Positions 8,541 through 17,498 of a stretch of 64,000 nt of DNA are shown in pieces (position 1 is the stretch's first letter; every line of letters starts with the position of its first letter). Below the pieces are notes generated by a model. That model was not told where the DNA came from, ran no database searches, and worked only from the letters and a program-made list of their open reading frames with translations. The stretch lies in the IMG/VR virus record IMGVR_UViG_3300016665_000824, positions 1 to 64,000 of that record; one strand, given 5' to 3'. The translations under genes and the position numbers were made by a program. This DNA comes from a virus.

Positions 8541-8763
8541 AACAAAAGCAGAGCGCGATCGCAGTATCGCCGCCAACTACGAGTTCTACAAACATAAGTT
8601 TGTGGGCAAGACGGATCAAGAGTTGAGAGAGTGGGCGAAGGCAGGTTTTGACGGAACTACGGATATCAATCTGTCCGAGTTCACAAAAACCATGATGGTA
8701 AACATAGCCTTTGCTATCGAAGAAGAATTAAACAAAAGAGGAGTTGCAGGTGTTTATGACTAA
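8530..8763 (+). CDS. hypothetical protein
   Basis: internal ATG at 8530 of track ORF 8341-8763; N-terminal part of the longer ORF looks like out-of-frame readthrough of 8331-8540. Confidence 0.45.
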   Translation: MTTRTKAERDRSIAANYEFYKHKFVGKTDQELREWAKAGFDGTTDINLSEFTKTMMVNIAFAIEEELNKRGVAGVYD

Positions 8764-9058
8764 TCCAACAACCGTAAAAACTGGGTGGATGGGAGATCCA
8801 TCTAGAGGTGCAGCAATGGGTCGCCCATCTAGAATCACCCATGTTTCTCAACTTCCACCTCGCAGTGTCTATCTGTCGCGAGTCAAGTTGATTGACGGCT
8901 ATGACGAAGGCGGGGCTTACTGGGGAGTTGGAGCGCCATTGTACTGCGCTTACTCCGACGACTATTGCGAGTACTGCGAGTATGTTCGCGCTTATTCTCG
9001 CGAGGATGCCGCTACTCAACTCGGATTGACTTCTCAACAACTTAAGAGGGCGCTATAA
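8756..9058 (+). CDS. hypothetical protein
   Basis: ATG 8756 overlapping previous stop by 8 nt (track gives 8744 TTG). Confidence 0.5.
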   Translation: MTNPTTVKTGWMGDPSRGAAMGRPSRITHVSQLPPRSVYLSRVKLIDGYDEGGAYWGVGAPLYCAYSDDYCEYCEYVRAYSREDAATQLGLTSQQLKRAL

Positions 9059-9061
9059 ATC

Positions 9062-9349
9062 ATGCTCCCTGAGTCAATCGCATTGATTTCAAGCTCAAAA
9101 GATCCCCTACTTTTGCAGTCCAACGTTTCTGTTCGTGAGGTTCATACCTCTCAAATATCGGTAGGAGATACTATTCTCTGCCCCGACGGGACTGTTAGGA
9201 CAGTATGTAATAGAAACATTCATCGCTGCCCTTCTATGGGGCGTTCAATATTTGGAGATACCTATCAACTCGGACATAAGCCTGTCCTTAGAGTCGTAAT
9301 CACTAGAACCATATACAGAGAGGGAAAACAATGCTTCGTAGAAGTTTGA
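9062..9349 (+). CDS. hypothetical protein
   Basis: 95-codon ORF. Confidence 0.5.
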   Translation: MLPESIALISSSKDPLLLQSNVSVREVHTSQISVGDTILCPDGTVRTVCNRNIHRCPSMGRSIFGDTYQLGHKPVLRVVITRTIYREGKQCFVEV

Positions 9350-9630
9350 TTGTCGCTTCATTATTCTTGGCAGAAAGCGCGATCGCCACTCCACTTCCAC
9401 TCGACCCACACCTCTGCTACATGCAGAAATCGAATGGGCAGGTAGTCAACCTCGGTCACTTGTGCGGCAAGGGAGAGATCGCTCTCCCAGTTATAGGAGT
9501 AGCGCCAACTACCGCGACAACATCTACTCGTGCCACCTCCTCTGGGAAGTGTACATTTAGTGGTGATCGCGATTCTCGTGGAAATTTATGTGGCGGACGC
9601 GCAAGTGTTCGTCGTAAAGGAGGTAGGTAA
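9331..9630 (+). CDS. small secreted Cys-containing protein (predicted signal peptide)
   Basis: N-terminus MLRRSLIVASLFLAESAIA is signal-peptide-like; 4 Cys; Thr/Ser-rich linker; basic C-terminus. Confidence 0.55.
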   Translation: MLRRSLIVASLFLAESAIATPLPLDPHLCYMQKSNGQVVNLGHLCGKGEIALPVIGVAPTTATTSTRATSSGKCTFSGDRDSRGNLCGGRASVRRKGGR

Positions 9631-9866
9631 TGCCTGATACTGAGAAGATTTGGGCTTGGTGCGATCGCCATCAAAACTTGACTGGTATTCCACACGCGCT
9701 TTTGGTTTTTAAAACTTCGCGAGTCAGTTTTTTTGAGCCCTATAACATTCCTATATGGATTGCCGTTGCTCAGGAATGCAGGGAGTATTGGGTTTGCATC
9801 CAAGACGCGGAGGGTTCAACCCCAGAAGAAGCGATCGCCAAGCTAGCGGAGACATTAGGGTTATGA
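9630..9866 (+). CDS. hypothetical protein; C-terminal segment resembles HicB/UPF0150-like fold
   Basis: strong AGGAGG upstream; TAATG overlap; C-terminus ...CIQDAEGSTPEEAIAKLAETL resembles the PGC-G-T-EEA core of UPF0150 proteins (weak). Confidence 0.5.
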   Translation: MPDTEKIWAWCDRHQNLTGIPHALLVFKTSRVSFFEPYNIPIWIAVAQECREYWVCIQDAEGSTPEEAIAKLAETLGL

Positions 9867-10324
9867 CTACAAGATATTGCGTTACAAAACAAGTTCAATA
9901 TCCCGATGGCGATCGCGTTGTCGAGATATCTACAGGTACATTCGACTACGCTAATCCCGATTGCTTGAGCGACGGGATTAAGGAGTGCGAGACAGCTACT
10001 GAGGCTGTCGAGTATGCCATTGAGCTAGCACAAAAGTGGCAGGCTGAATGCGGTGAAGAAGTATTCATTGGCAAGGGCTATACAGGTGGCAACACCATGC
10101 CTTTCGATCCTTGGGAGCTTTGCGAAAACACTTATTCTCGCTTCCGATCATGGGCAAGAGAACGCGATGCGGACTTGCTGCGCTGCGATCATTGCGGTGA
10201 GGTCGTGAATGAGAAATATACCCTTCATCACTACCCAGACTTTGTTTTTTGCCGCGAATATTGCGCCGAAGAGTTTTTAGCTCAACAAGAAGAAGATCTA
10301 GAAAAGGAGTTTGAATATGCTTAA
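9863..10324 (+). CDS. hypothetical Cys-rich protein
   Basis: ATG 9863 in ATGA overlap with previous stop (track ORF 9755-10324); C-terminal CDHCG...FCREYC. Confidence 0.55.
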   Translation: MTTRYCVTKQVQYPDGDRVVEISTGTFDYANPDCLSDGIKECETATEAVEYAIELAQKWQAECGEEVFIGKGYTGGNTMPFDPWELCENTYSRFRSWARERDADLLRCDHCGEVVNEKYTLHHYPDFVFCREYCAEEFLAQQEEDLEKEFEYA

Positions 10325-10925
10325 GCAGTTAGAGTTTGTCCCGTTATCTGATTACCACGAGCCTATCGTGGCAAAGATTGAGATTATTCAAGACCAAACG
10401 CCATCTAGTCCCCGCAAATGGGATAACCTCGGCGAGATGGTTATTCGCAGAGCTATGGATGGTCACTTCTGTGGCGATCGCCTAGTCAACGATGAAGAAA
10501 TGAGTGAACTTATTAATCGTTGCCGAGTACAAGAACTTGTGTGGCGACCCATCTACGCATTGATTCACTCAGGAGTATGGCTATCGACCACCGAAAGCTT
10601 CAATGGGTATACCTGCAACTATGACACCTCGTTTGCAGGTGTCATCTATGTCGAGAACGACAAGATGATCGAAGAATACGGGGACTTATCTATTCGTAAT
10701 CGTGGCTTAGCGATCGCCTGCCTTGAATCCGAAGTTAAAACTTATCACCAATACCTCACGGGTGATGTCTATGGCTATCGAATGCTCGACCCCGATGGCG
10801 AGGAGGTTGATTCTTGCTGGGGATTTTATGGTTTGGATGTTAGCGAGAACGGAATGTTGGGCGCGATCGATTCCAAATATCACGATTTATTGAAGCAAGC
10901 TGCGGAGAATATTAAATATGTCTAG
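10311..10925 (+). CDS. hypothetical protein (204 aa)
   Basis: ORF. Confidence 0.6.
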   Translation: MNMLKQLEFVPLSDYHEPIVAKIEIIQDQTPSSPRKWDNLGEMVIRRAMDGHFCGDRLVNDEEMSELINRCRVQELVWRPIYALIHSGVWLSTTESFNGYTCNYDTSFAGVIYVENDKMIEEYGDLSIRNRGLAIACLESEVKTYHQYLTGDVYGYRMLDPDGEEVDSCWGFYGLDVSENGMLGAIDSKYHDLLKQAAENIKYV

Positions 10926-11526
10926 ATCGATGCGTAATGCGCTTAGGATGTTTTCAGCCGAAGGCGTAGCCCTCTTAAACGAAGAGCAGGAGCTGATTAA
11001 AAACAGCTTGCTAAAGTTTAAGAAGTGTCCCTATCCAAATAACGAGAGTGGCTGGAAGAAAGGTTATAGGGCTTTCATTAGTGAGTGTGAGAACTATCTA
11101 TTGCTCGAAGACTCGGAAATTCACTTCAAAGACAACGGGCATGATGGGTATCGCCCAAATGGACAGCTCAAAATTTGGGTAAAAATCGACGACCGAGCTA
11201 AAGCTTGGGGTGTTTTCGATGGTATTCCCTACAAGGAAATTACAAGCCTACCCTACAACTACGTTCACGACGTAGAAGAGGCGATCTCGTTTATCGAAAG
11301 ATGGGAGAAAACTCAAGAAGTTGTTCTCTCTCCTTGTCGGGAATCGGGAATTCAGCTAGAGGACTGGTGGCTAGAGAAGGATCGATTCGCAAATCCTTTG
11401 CCTTCCTTCTTTGTGGGTTATTGCCGCCGATGCGGGAAAACGCATGGCTTAAACCTCGTCACTTCTGTTGGTGAAAGCGGAGTCTATTTTTCCAAAATTA
11501 TGTGCAAAGGATGTATGACTAAATGA
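10918..11526 (+). CDS. hypothetical protein (202 aa), C-terminal zinc-ribbon-like CRRCG...CKGC
   Basis: ORF. Confidence 0.6.
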   Translation: MSRSMRNALRMFSAEGVALLNEEQELIKNSLLKFKKCPYPNNESGWKKGYRAFISECENYLLLEDSEIHFKDNGHDGYRPNGQLKIWVKIDDRAKAWGVFDGIPYKEITSLPYNYVHDVEEAISFIERWEKTQEVVLSPCRESGIQLEDWWLEKDRFANPLPSFFVGYCRRCGKTHGLNLVTSVGESGVYFSKIMCKGCMTK

Positions 11527-11876
11527 AATACATCGTCAACGAAATCGAATTCAATGAGGATCGCATCGTCAATCCCGATGATCGCGACCCAGAGATTGTC
11601 GCAAGATATGGCTATCGCGGCTATATCTTGTCAACCATGTGCGGCAACTGGCCGCTAGTGATGGCAGTAGTCTTCGCGAGACATCTAGAAGAAGCCTTAG
11701 ATCTTGCCGCCGACGGTGAGTTCCTCAATGCGATTTCCGTGGACGCTGAGGATGTAGATCTAGAGACCCATGTAACTCTGGGTAACTACTGCAATTACTA
11801 CGACACAAGCTATTTAAGTATTACCCAGTTTGATATTGAGCACATGCAGGAGGTTGAGCCGTGTCTGATTCGTTAA
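11523..11876 (+). CDS. hypothetical protein
   Basis: ATGA overlap with previous gene. Confidence 0.55.
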   Translation: MKYIVNEIEFNEDRIVNPDDRDPEIVARYGYRGYILSTMCGNWPLVMAVVFARHLEEALDLAADGEFLNAISVDAEDVDLETHVTLGNYCNYYDTSYLSITQFDIEHMQEVEPCLIR

Positions 11877-12181
11877 ACTTCAAAGAATGGCTTACTGAAG
11901 CCGAAAAATACCGCAGCGATCGCAAGTTACTCCCATTGCTCCATCTTTGCAATGGCTGGAAAATCTCAATTCAAAACAGTGAAGGGCATCACTGTCTCAA
12001 TGGTTCAGGGTTTGAGGTGTTGTTCAGGGAAGGTTTTGCTCCTAACTATTGGAATCACATGTGTGAAGATCCTACCGACGAATACCTGAAGCACCTGTAT
12101 GTTAACGTCCAATTCTGGATGGTCGAAGTAGTTGTCCGCGAGTGTGGCGGAGCATTGTCAGTATTTGAAAAGGAGGAATGA
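11861..12181 (+). CDS. hypothetical protein
   Basis: GTG start with AGGAGG 8 nt upstream. Confidence 0.55.
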   Translation: MSDSLNFKEWLTEAEKYRSDRKLLPLLHLCNGWKISIQNSEGHHCLNGSGFEVLFREGFAPNYWNHMCEDPTDEYLKHLYVNVQFWMVEVVVRECGGALSVFEKEE

Positions 12182-12436
12182 ATGACAGTCATTCAGTATG
12201 CCAGGGCGGAAAACATGGTTGGTTATGCCGTTGCCCTTATAGAACGAGGAAGTGGTCGCATCATTACTCCGTACTGCGGCAGTTGGAGTTACTCCGACAA
12301 CGGCATGAGTAACGACGAGATTGAACAGCTAGAGATTGACGAGTACGCCGTTACACTCAACGGCAAGTACATGCTTCAGACCCATTCGGGTTGTTACGAA
12401 GAAGAGTTTTGGAGGCAAGAAAATGGACTTAACTAA
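12182..12436 (+). CDS. hypothetical protein
   Basis: ATG directly after previous stop, AAGGAGG upstream. Confidence 0.55.
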   Translation: MTVIQYARAENMVGYAVALIERGSGRIITPYCGSWSYSDNGMSNDEIEQLEIDEYAVTLNGKYMLQTHSGCYEEEFWRQENGLN

Positions 12437-12785
12437 GCCGAGCTGGAGATCGTGGAAGTATTGGGGAAGACTAGGTCATCCCTGCCAAGATAATATGCAC
12501 CTTAGAGTCAAAGGCACGGAGTTTCTTCGCTTGGTCGAGAGACTAACCTACGAAATTAGAGATCGGGATTTTGATGTTTATTTTGACTCCTCAACATCGA
12601 AGTGGATTTCAACTTGCATGGTCTGGATCATTGAGGAGTTCTCCTTTCTCCTAGAAGATAGGATTGACCGCATACCCGTAGAAGAATTCGCCTCAAGAAT
12701 CAGGGAATGGGGCGCAGTCAATGAAAGAGCGATATACGCCGCTTCAGTCCTTGAGGCTCTTGCCGAATTAGAACCCCAAGAGTAA
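12423..12785 (+). CDS. hypothetical protein
   Basis: ATG 12423 (track ORF starts 12336); overlaps previous stop. Confidence 0.5.
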   Translation: MDLTKPSWRSWKYWGRLGHPCQDNMHLRVKGTEFLRLVERLTYEIRDRDFDVYFDSSTSKWISTCMVWIIEEFSFLLEDRIDRIPVEEFASRIREWGAVNERAIYAASVLEALAELEPQE

Positions 12786-12832
12786 CCCTCGTGCTGCCTG
12801 CGAACAGCGTTAGCGATCGCCTATCAAACAAC

Positions 12833-12848
12833 AAAACCAAAACAAAAC
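12833..12848 (+). promoter_or_regulatory. conserved leader CAAAACCAAAACAAAA (copy 1) immediately upstream of ATG
   Basis: identical 16-mer at 13044-13059 upstream of the next gene; both preceded by a HIP1 site. Confidence 0.5.
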
Positions 12849-12849
12849 T

Positions 12850-13017
12850 ATGGATACAATCAGACAACTAATCGCTGCTCTCTTGGAAGGCGATCGCGCC
12901 GACGCTTCTTATCTCGCTGAATCCCTTGCCTCTTCGCTCAGTGGAGGTGAGAGTATCCCCAGTCAACAAGAAATTATTTCAACACTCGAAGATCTCTTGA
13001 ATCGTTACTCCGATTAG
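12850..13017 (+). CDS. hypothetical small protein (55 aa)
   Basis: ORF below track cutoff; same leader as, and weak N-terminal similarity to, 13063-13272. Confidence 0.45.
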   Translation: MDTIRQLIAALLEGDRADASYLAESLASSLSGGESIPSQQEIISTLEDLLNRYSD

Positions 13018-13043
13018 TGGCGATCGCCTTGCCTTGTAAACCA

Positions 13044-13059
13044 CAAAACCAAAACAAAA
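13044..13059 (+). promoter_or_regulatory. conserved leader CAAAACCAAAACAAAA (copy 2)
   Basis: see 12833-12848. Confidence 0.5.
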
Positions 13060-13062
13060 GAT

Positions 13063-13272
13063 ATGGACCCACTCATTTGCCTCAAACGCTTAATCACGTC
13101 CTACATGGATGGAGATGAAGCGCACACTATTGACTATGCTCGCGACCTCATTGGCTGGATTGAATCTGGCGGGTTTACTCCCCATAGAGTCAGGATCGCC
13201 ACGATGCTTGAGGCGATCGCGGAAGAAGAAGGTCGCGACGCAGAACTGCTCCACGGATTAGAGAAAGAATAA
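13063..13272 (+). CDS. hypothetical small protein
   Basis: 69-codon ORF. Confidence 0.5.
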   Translation: MDPLICLKRLITSYMDGDEAHTIDYARDLIGWIESGGFTPHRVRIATMLEAIAEEEGRDAELLHGLEKE

Positions 13273-13274
13273 TC

Positions 13275-13655
13275 ATGCACACCACCGTTCGCTTTCACCT
13301 TGCCCGTGGTGAGCATTACCGCCATTGGCAAGTAAAGCGAGGGTCAGAAGTTCACTACTACGACCCCTCGCTCTACAGCCTCATCCTATGGGGTTGTCGT
13401 CTTCAAAATCACGTAAAAACAGCACAAAAGATCCACGACGGCGCAAACAAGTCTGTCTGTGCATGGGTTGAATGCGAGATGGTCGAAGTTCACACCGACT
13501 ATCCGCAAGAAGTCATTGCGGCAGGCGAGATTACTTACAACCCGCGTGTTACACCGCACTGGATACGCGACGGCGAAGCCTGTGACAAGGCTGAGTTCCA
13601 TCAAATGATTACTTATCAAAACCGATTGTATTGGGTACAAGAAAATGAAGATTGA
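13275..13655 (+). CDS. hypothetical protein
   Basis: 126-codon ORF. Confidence 0.55.
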   Translation: MHTTVRFHLARGEHYRHWQVKRGSEVHYYDPSLYSLILWGCRLQNHVKTAQKIHDGANKSVCAWVECEMVEVHTDYPQEVIAAGEITYNPRVTPHWIRDGEACDKAEFHQMITYQNRLYWVQENED

Positions 13656-13821
13656 TATTTCGGAAGAGGTCACCCCTAACGGGTATCTCAAGTTGTCCAC
13701 GATTATTGACAACCAGTACTACAAGCGAATGTATGTCGGACACACTAAGCGCGAAGCGAAGTCAATGTTTCGCGCTTACATTCGAGGCGAGCTATCCAAG
13801 GTTTTTGTAAACAAGGTGTAA
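13645..13821 (+). CDS. possible small ORF (58 aa)
   Basis: ATG-initiated ORF below track cutoff filling the gap before 13824. Confidence 0.35.
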   Translation: MKIDISEEVTPNGYLKLSTIIDNQYYKRMYVGHTKREAKSMFRAYIRGELSKVFVNKV

Positions 13822-13823
13822 TT

Positions 13824-14120
13824 ATGGATTACCAACAAATTTCGCTAGAACAACAAATTGCCGACTATCAGCAGATGGTCGAGACTACTCGGCAAGATGG
13901 TCGCGCCTTGCGACGTAGACTTGAGAAGGAAGGGTGGAAAATTATCGACTCACTCCTTGATTTGAATCGAAATCCTTGCGCTGTCCACCCAAAGCTGTGG
14001 GCAGACCTTACTCACAGTGATTTGATATCTCTTGACCCAGACGACGAGTACTACAGGATCGACGTAGTGCTAACCCATGAGGAGTGGAAGCAAATTGTAG
14101 AACTACCAGTAATGGACTAA
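13824..14120 (+). CDS. hypothetical protein, paralogue family A (copy 1)
   Basis: shares DYQ ... LE-x-x-GW N-terminal pattern with 14257-14547 and 14557-14844. Confidence 0.6.
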   Translation: MDYQQISLEQQIADYQQMVETTRQDGRALRRRLEKEGWKIIDSLLDLNRNPCAVHPKLWADLTHSDLISLDPDDEYYRIDVVLTHEEWKQIVELPVMD

Positions 14121-14122
14121 TC

Positions 14123-14254
14123 ATGCGATCGCCTAAAACATTCGACGAATTCAAAGATCTCGTATACAACATGCGACCCCGCGATCGCTACGTCTTTGAA
14201 GTAATAGACCCCAGCGAGGACTGGGGCACTTATCTTATTACAGAGGAGGCTTAG
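14123..14254 (+). CDS. hypothetical small protein, paralogue family B (short copy, 43 aa)
   Basis: N-terminus MRSPKTFDEFKDLVY matches 14847-15134; its 3' end supplies GAGGAGG for the next gene. Confidence 0.5.
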   Translation: MRSPKTFDEFKDLVYNMRPRDRYVFEVIDPSEDWGTYLITEEA

Positions 14255-14256
14255 CC

Positions 14257-14547
14257 ATGAATCTTGAAGTCGATCAAATAGAGGCGATCGCCAATTACCA
14301 AGCAGCAAAACAGCACTTCGACAAAGCCACCACCGAAGCGCAAGAAACCTTAGAATCCCTCGGTTGGAAATGGGTTGTCAAAGATATTTCTGATTATAGC
14401 GAAGATACTCGCTACCAAGACTGGCTTATTTGTCCAGAAATGTTTGCGGCTATAGATCTGATTGACTGGGAGGATGAAACTCCAGAGATTGAAGATGAGC
14501 CAGATTATGAGATCTGGAAAGAGAGCATTCACTACATTTTGTTTTAG
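14257..14547 (+). CDS. hypothetical protein, paralogue family A (copy 2)
   Basis: see 13824. Confidence 0.6.
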   Translation: MNLEVDQIEAIANYQAAKQHFDKATTEAQETLESLGWKWVVKDISDYSEDTRYQDWLICPEMFAAIDLIDWEDETPEIEDEPDYEIWKESIHYILF

Positions 14548-14556
14548 GAGCTAACT

Positions 14557-14844
14557 ATGGAAGACACATTGCAAGAACAGATTACCGATTATCAAGCGAT
14601 CGCACAACAAGCAAAATCCGCAGGACGCAAGCTAGTCCAAAGGCTTGAATCCTTGGGCTGGACAATGTTTGAGCGGGTATTTGATTACGACGGCCCCGTA
14701 ATGATTAGCCCTGAGCTTATGGCTCACGAAGATTGGGAACTGGTTGGAATCAACCAAGAACTAGCCGATGATGATGTTTACGTCCTCTACGAGCTTCCTA
14801 GCACTTGGTCTGACCACATTATTGAAATCTCGGTAATCGACTAA
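14557..14844 (+). CDS. hypothetical protein, paralogue family A (copy 3)
   Basis: see 13824; AGGAG upstream. Confidence 0.6.
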   Translation: MEDTLQEQITDYQAIAQQAKSAGRKLVQRLESLGWTMFERVFDYDGPVMISPELMAHEDWELVGINQELADDDVYVLYELPSTWSDHIIEISVID

Positions 14845-14846
14845 CT

Positions 14847-15134
14847 ATGCGATCGCCAAAAACATTTGAAGATTTCAAGACTCTCATCTACGGAATGTCT
14901 CACCGTGAGCGTTTCGTATTTAAGGTTCTCAATCCTAGTGACGAAGAGGGTGTTGAGATTGAGATCTACACCACTGTTAGAAGAGATGCAGGGCGTGAGC
15001 CTCAAACCAATCTTTATTACCAGTGGAGAGATTCCCTCGGAGAATACCGAGAGGGCATGAACAAGGGCAACAAACGCCTCTCTCTTGTGACTGACAGCTA
15101 CCTGCAAACAATTTATTCTTGGTTAAAGAAATGA
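14847..15134 (+). CDS. hypothetical protein, paralogue family B (long copy)
   Basis: N-terminus MRSPKTFEDFKTLIY; codons 2-4 are encoded by a HIP1 site. Confidence 0.6.
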   Translation: MRSPKTFEDFKTLIYGMSHRERFVFKVLNPSDEEGVEIEIYTTVRRDAGREPQTNLYYQWRDSLGEYREGMNKGNKRLSLVTDSYLQTIYSWLKK

Positions 15135-15409
15135 TTCATTTACTACTGCCAATTACTCTCTATCGCCCCGAAGAGATGAGAGTGATTGAGCTTGTCGGGT
15201 ACAACATGGCAACTTACTACGTGGTTCAAACCTACAACCCAAAACTAAAGACTTGGATTTCGCAGGCTCAATGGATTAATTTGGCGGAAGCCGTTTCGGA
15301 TGCTATCAACTGGTATTCGATCTCCAATGCTTACGAGGTCGAGAAGGTGCGTAACAACTATAAAGATACCGAGATTCAAATCGTAGACAACTTGAAGATT
15401 AAACAATAA
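15131..15409 (+). CDS. hypothetical protein
   Basis: ATG 15131 in ATGA overlap (track gives TTG 15119). Confidence 0.5.
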   Translation: MIHLLLPITLYRPEEMRVIELVGYNMATYYVVQTYNPKLKTWISQAQWINLAEAVSDAINWYSISNAYEVEKVRNNYKDTEIQIVDNLKIKQ

Positions 15410-15421
15410 GAGCTTTAAATC

Positions 15422-15844
15422 ATGAGCAAAATCATCGAACATCCCGATCGCCTAATCGAATCCTTCGCCGCCGCTTTTGGCGAACACAACAGAGATATTA
15501 TCGAGAGATGTTTCTCGCGGTATATCAGCGACGCAGTGATTGCTGTTACTACTAATTGCATTGCTGCTCAGGCGATCGCATGGGCAAGCTCTCACAACGA
15601 GTTTTACTGCGATCCGATCGATATCGACGTAGACCCCAAGCGTTATACCGCTATCCACAATGCGCTGCTTGACAATCTTGATACTCGCTTTGTCTGCGAC
15701 TACATCGAGAAGAAGTGGGATGCAAACTCAACTACGTCTGGCGATGCTATCCACGAAGCCCTGTTTGAGAGGTATGAGGAGCATGCCTTGCTCAATCTGG
15801 TTAGTGCGATCGCTTCTGATTATGAGGAGGTGAACATTGGATAA
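15422..15844 (+). CDS. hypothetical protein (140 aa)
   Basis: ORF. Confidence 0.55.
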   Translation: MSKIIEHPDRLIESFAAAFGEHNRDIIERCFSRYISDAVIAVTTNCIAAQAIAWASSHNEFYCDPIDIDVDPKRYTAIHNALLDNLDTRFVCDYIEKKWDANSTTSGDAIHEALFERYEEHALLNLVSAIASDYEEVNIG

Positions 15845-16097
15845 GAACGTGACAAGAATCTTCTTCCCAAAATCTAACCTGTACCACGTTACAGCTATGG
15901 AGAAGAAGGCTATCAGGCAGGGCTTATTGTCTGGACTGACTCACTTTAAAACCCCACGAAAAGAGTTTCGAGTTGTCAGCGATGATGGCAATCAAATGAG
16001 TATAGAGATTAGCCAGCAAGAGAGTGACTTTTTTGGCCGCATTATCACTCAACTACACACCGTCCATGTGGAATACGAGGTAAACAACAATGGCTAA
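15837..16097 (+). CDS. hypothetical protein
   Basis: TTG start 7 nt after GAGGAGG. Confidence 0.5.
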   Translation: MDKNVTRIFFPKSNLYHVTAMEKKAIRQGLLSGLTHFKTPRKEFRVVSDDGNQMSIEISQQESDFFGRIITQLHTVHVEYEVNNNG

Positions 16098-16461
16098 AGT
16101 AATTACAGATGTCTGGGGCTTTGCCCATGCAATTCAACGGCAATTCGGATGCGATCGCGAAATTCTTGAACAACTAGTCGAGAGGTTCTCGGAAGATCGC
16201 GTCCTGACAGGCGATCGCTTCGAGATTGCAACCACCATTCTCCGTATCGCTAGGGAGGAAAATGGTGTAGACGACGAAGAGGAATGGGGTTCAGCCAGCT
16301 CTATTCTCGAAGATCCAGATATTGACTTTGACGAGATTTTTCGCCATTACAGCAATACCGACTGGGTTGAGGTTGGATTCTCCTACGAATCGCTCAAGGA
16401 AGCCGTCTTGAGAGTCTACACACCAGCGCAATGCGAAGAGTTTGTACAAAGGAGTCTTTAA
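16090..16461 (+). CDS. hypothetical acidic protein
   Basis: ORF overlapping previous stop by 8 nt. Confidence 0.55.
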   Translation: MAKVITDVWGFAHAIQRQFGCDREILEQLVERFSEDRVLTGDRFEIATTILRIAREENGVDDEEEWGSASSILEDPDIDFDEIFRHYSNTDWVEVGFSYESLKEAVLRVYTPAQCEEFVQRSL

Positions 16462-16748
16462 TGAACAGCAACTTAATCCCCGCAGCAAAATCCTTCAACT
16501 GCACCCACGGTCGCGTCGGAGTATTCCTGCTACGACTGGAGCGTACTCCAAGCCTGTGGCATTGGCACATGGTATTCGCAGGACACCCCGACGTATGCCC
16601 CGAACACCTGCAAGAAGTCCTCTCCTCACCTCAAGGTTTTGTCACAGCAGAAATCTGTCGAGTAGCTGCTGAGCAGCAAGCCTATGCGCTCACTGCGGCG
16701 CATGAGCAGTGGTATTTTACCAATCGCTCACTGTTGAAGATTGCTTAA
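16461..16748 (+). CDS. hypothetical protein
   Basis: ATG 16461 with GGAG upstream (track ORF from 16431). Confidence 0.5.
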   Translation: MNSNLIPAAKSFNCTHGRVGVFLLRLERTPSLWHWHMVFAGHPDVCPEHLQEVLSSPQGFVTAEICRVAAEQQAYALTAAHEQWYFTNRSLLKIA

Positions 16749-16864
16749 ATGAATTGACTTTTGAGCGCGATCGCTGCCATAATACTCCCACAAACTTATG
16801 TTAAATCGAATATTACTGGCAGGCGATCGCCTTAGCCTTGCTTTGAAAAACTTAGGAGAATCTT

Positions 16865-17071
16865 GTGAATTGGCAACCAATTGATACAGCCCCACAGGAC
16901 GGGAGTGACGTACTTGTTTACGACGGGTACGATGTCCACAAAGCCAAATACGAAGAAGGGCGTGGCTGGATGGAGTCGTCCTTCGATCAGAGCTACGCCC
17001 AAGACTTATTTCACGATCCGATACTTTGGATGTCTATCTCGGATCTGTTAAAACTTCTGGAGCATCTTTAA
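16865..17071 (+). CDS. hypothetical small protein
   Basis: GTG start after AGGAG. Confidence 0.5.
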   Translation: MNWQPIDTAPQDGSDVLVYDGYDVHKAKYEEGRGWMESSFDQSYAQDLFHDPILWMSISDLLKLLEHL

Positions 17072-17105
17072 GGCGATCGCTAACAATAAAACTTAGGAGG
17101 ATCTT

Positions 17106-17495
17106 ATGGCTAAAGACTGGCGCGAAGGCAATCTAACTGCTCTTAATTGTGGAGGTGAATGGAGATCTGACTGGGTTACGGGATCATTCCTCCTTGTCTC
17201 CGACAAGCCTTGTTATCAGCATTCCGTCACTGGTAAACTTGCTTATTTTGCTATGGCAGAGGTCAAGGATAAATACCGCATCTATGTAGTTCATGTTGGA
17301 GTGGACGGATCACAAGATGGATTTTGTTCTCCATATTGCGACCTAACTCCAGAAGAAAATATGACGCTTGTTAACCGATGGGAGTGGGCTGTAAAAGAGT
17401 TTAACGAGGTCTACGAAGAGTGTGCCGAAATGCACAGAACTCTTTACCCTCAATATCATGTGATCGCCAACAACCAACCACTACCACAGGAGTAA
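17106..17495 (+). CDS. hypothetical protein
   Basis: ATG after AGGAGG. Confidence 0.6.
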   Translation: MAKDWREGNLTALNCGGEWRSDWVTGSFLLVSDKPCYQHSVTGKLAYFAMAEVKDKYRIYVVHVGVDGSQDGFCSPYCDLTPEENMTLVNRWEWAVKEFNEVYEECAEMHRTLYPQYHVIANNQPLPQE

Positions 17496-17498
17496 CAC

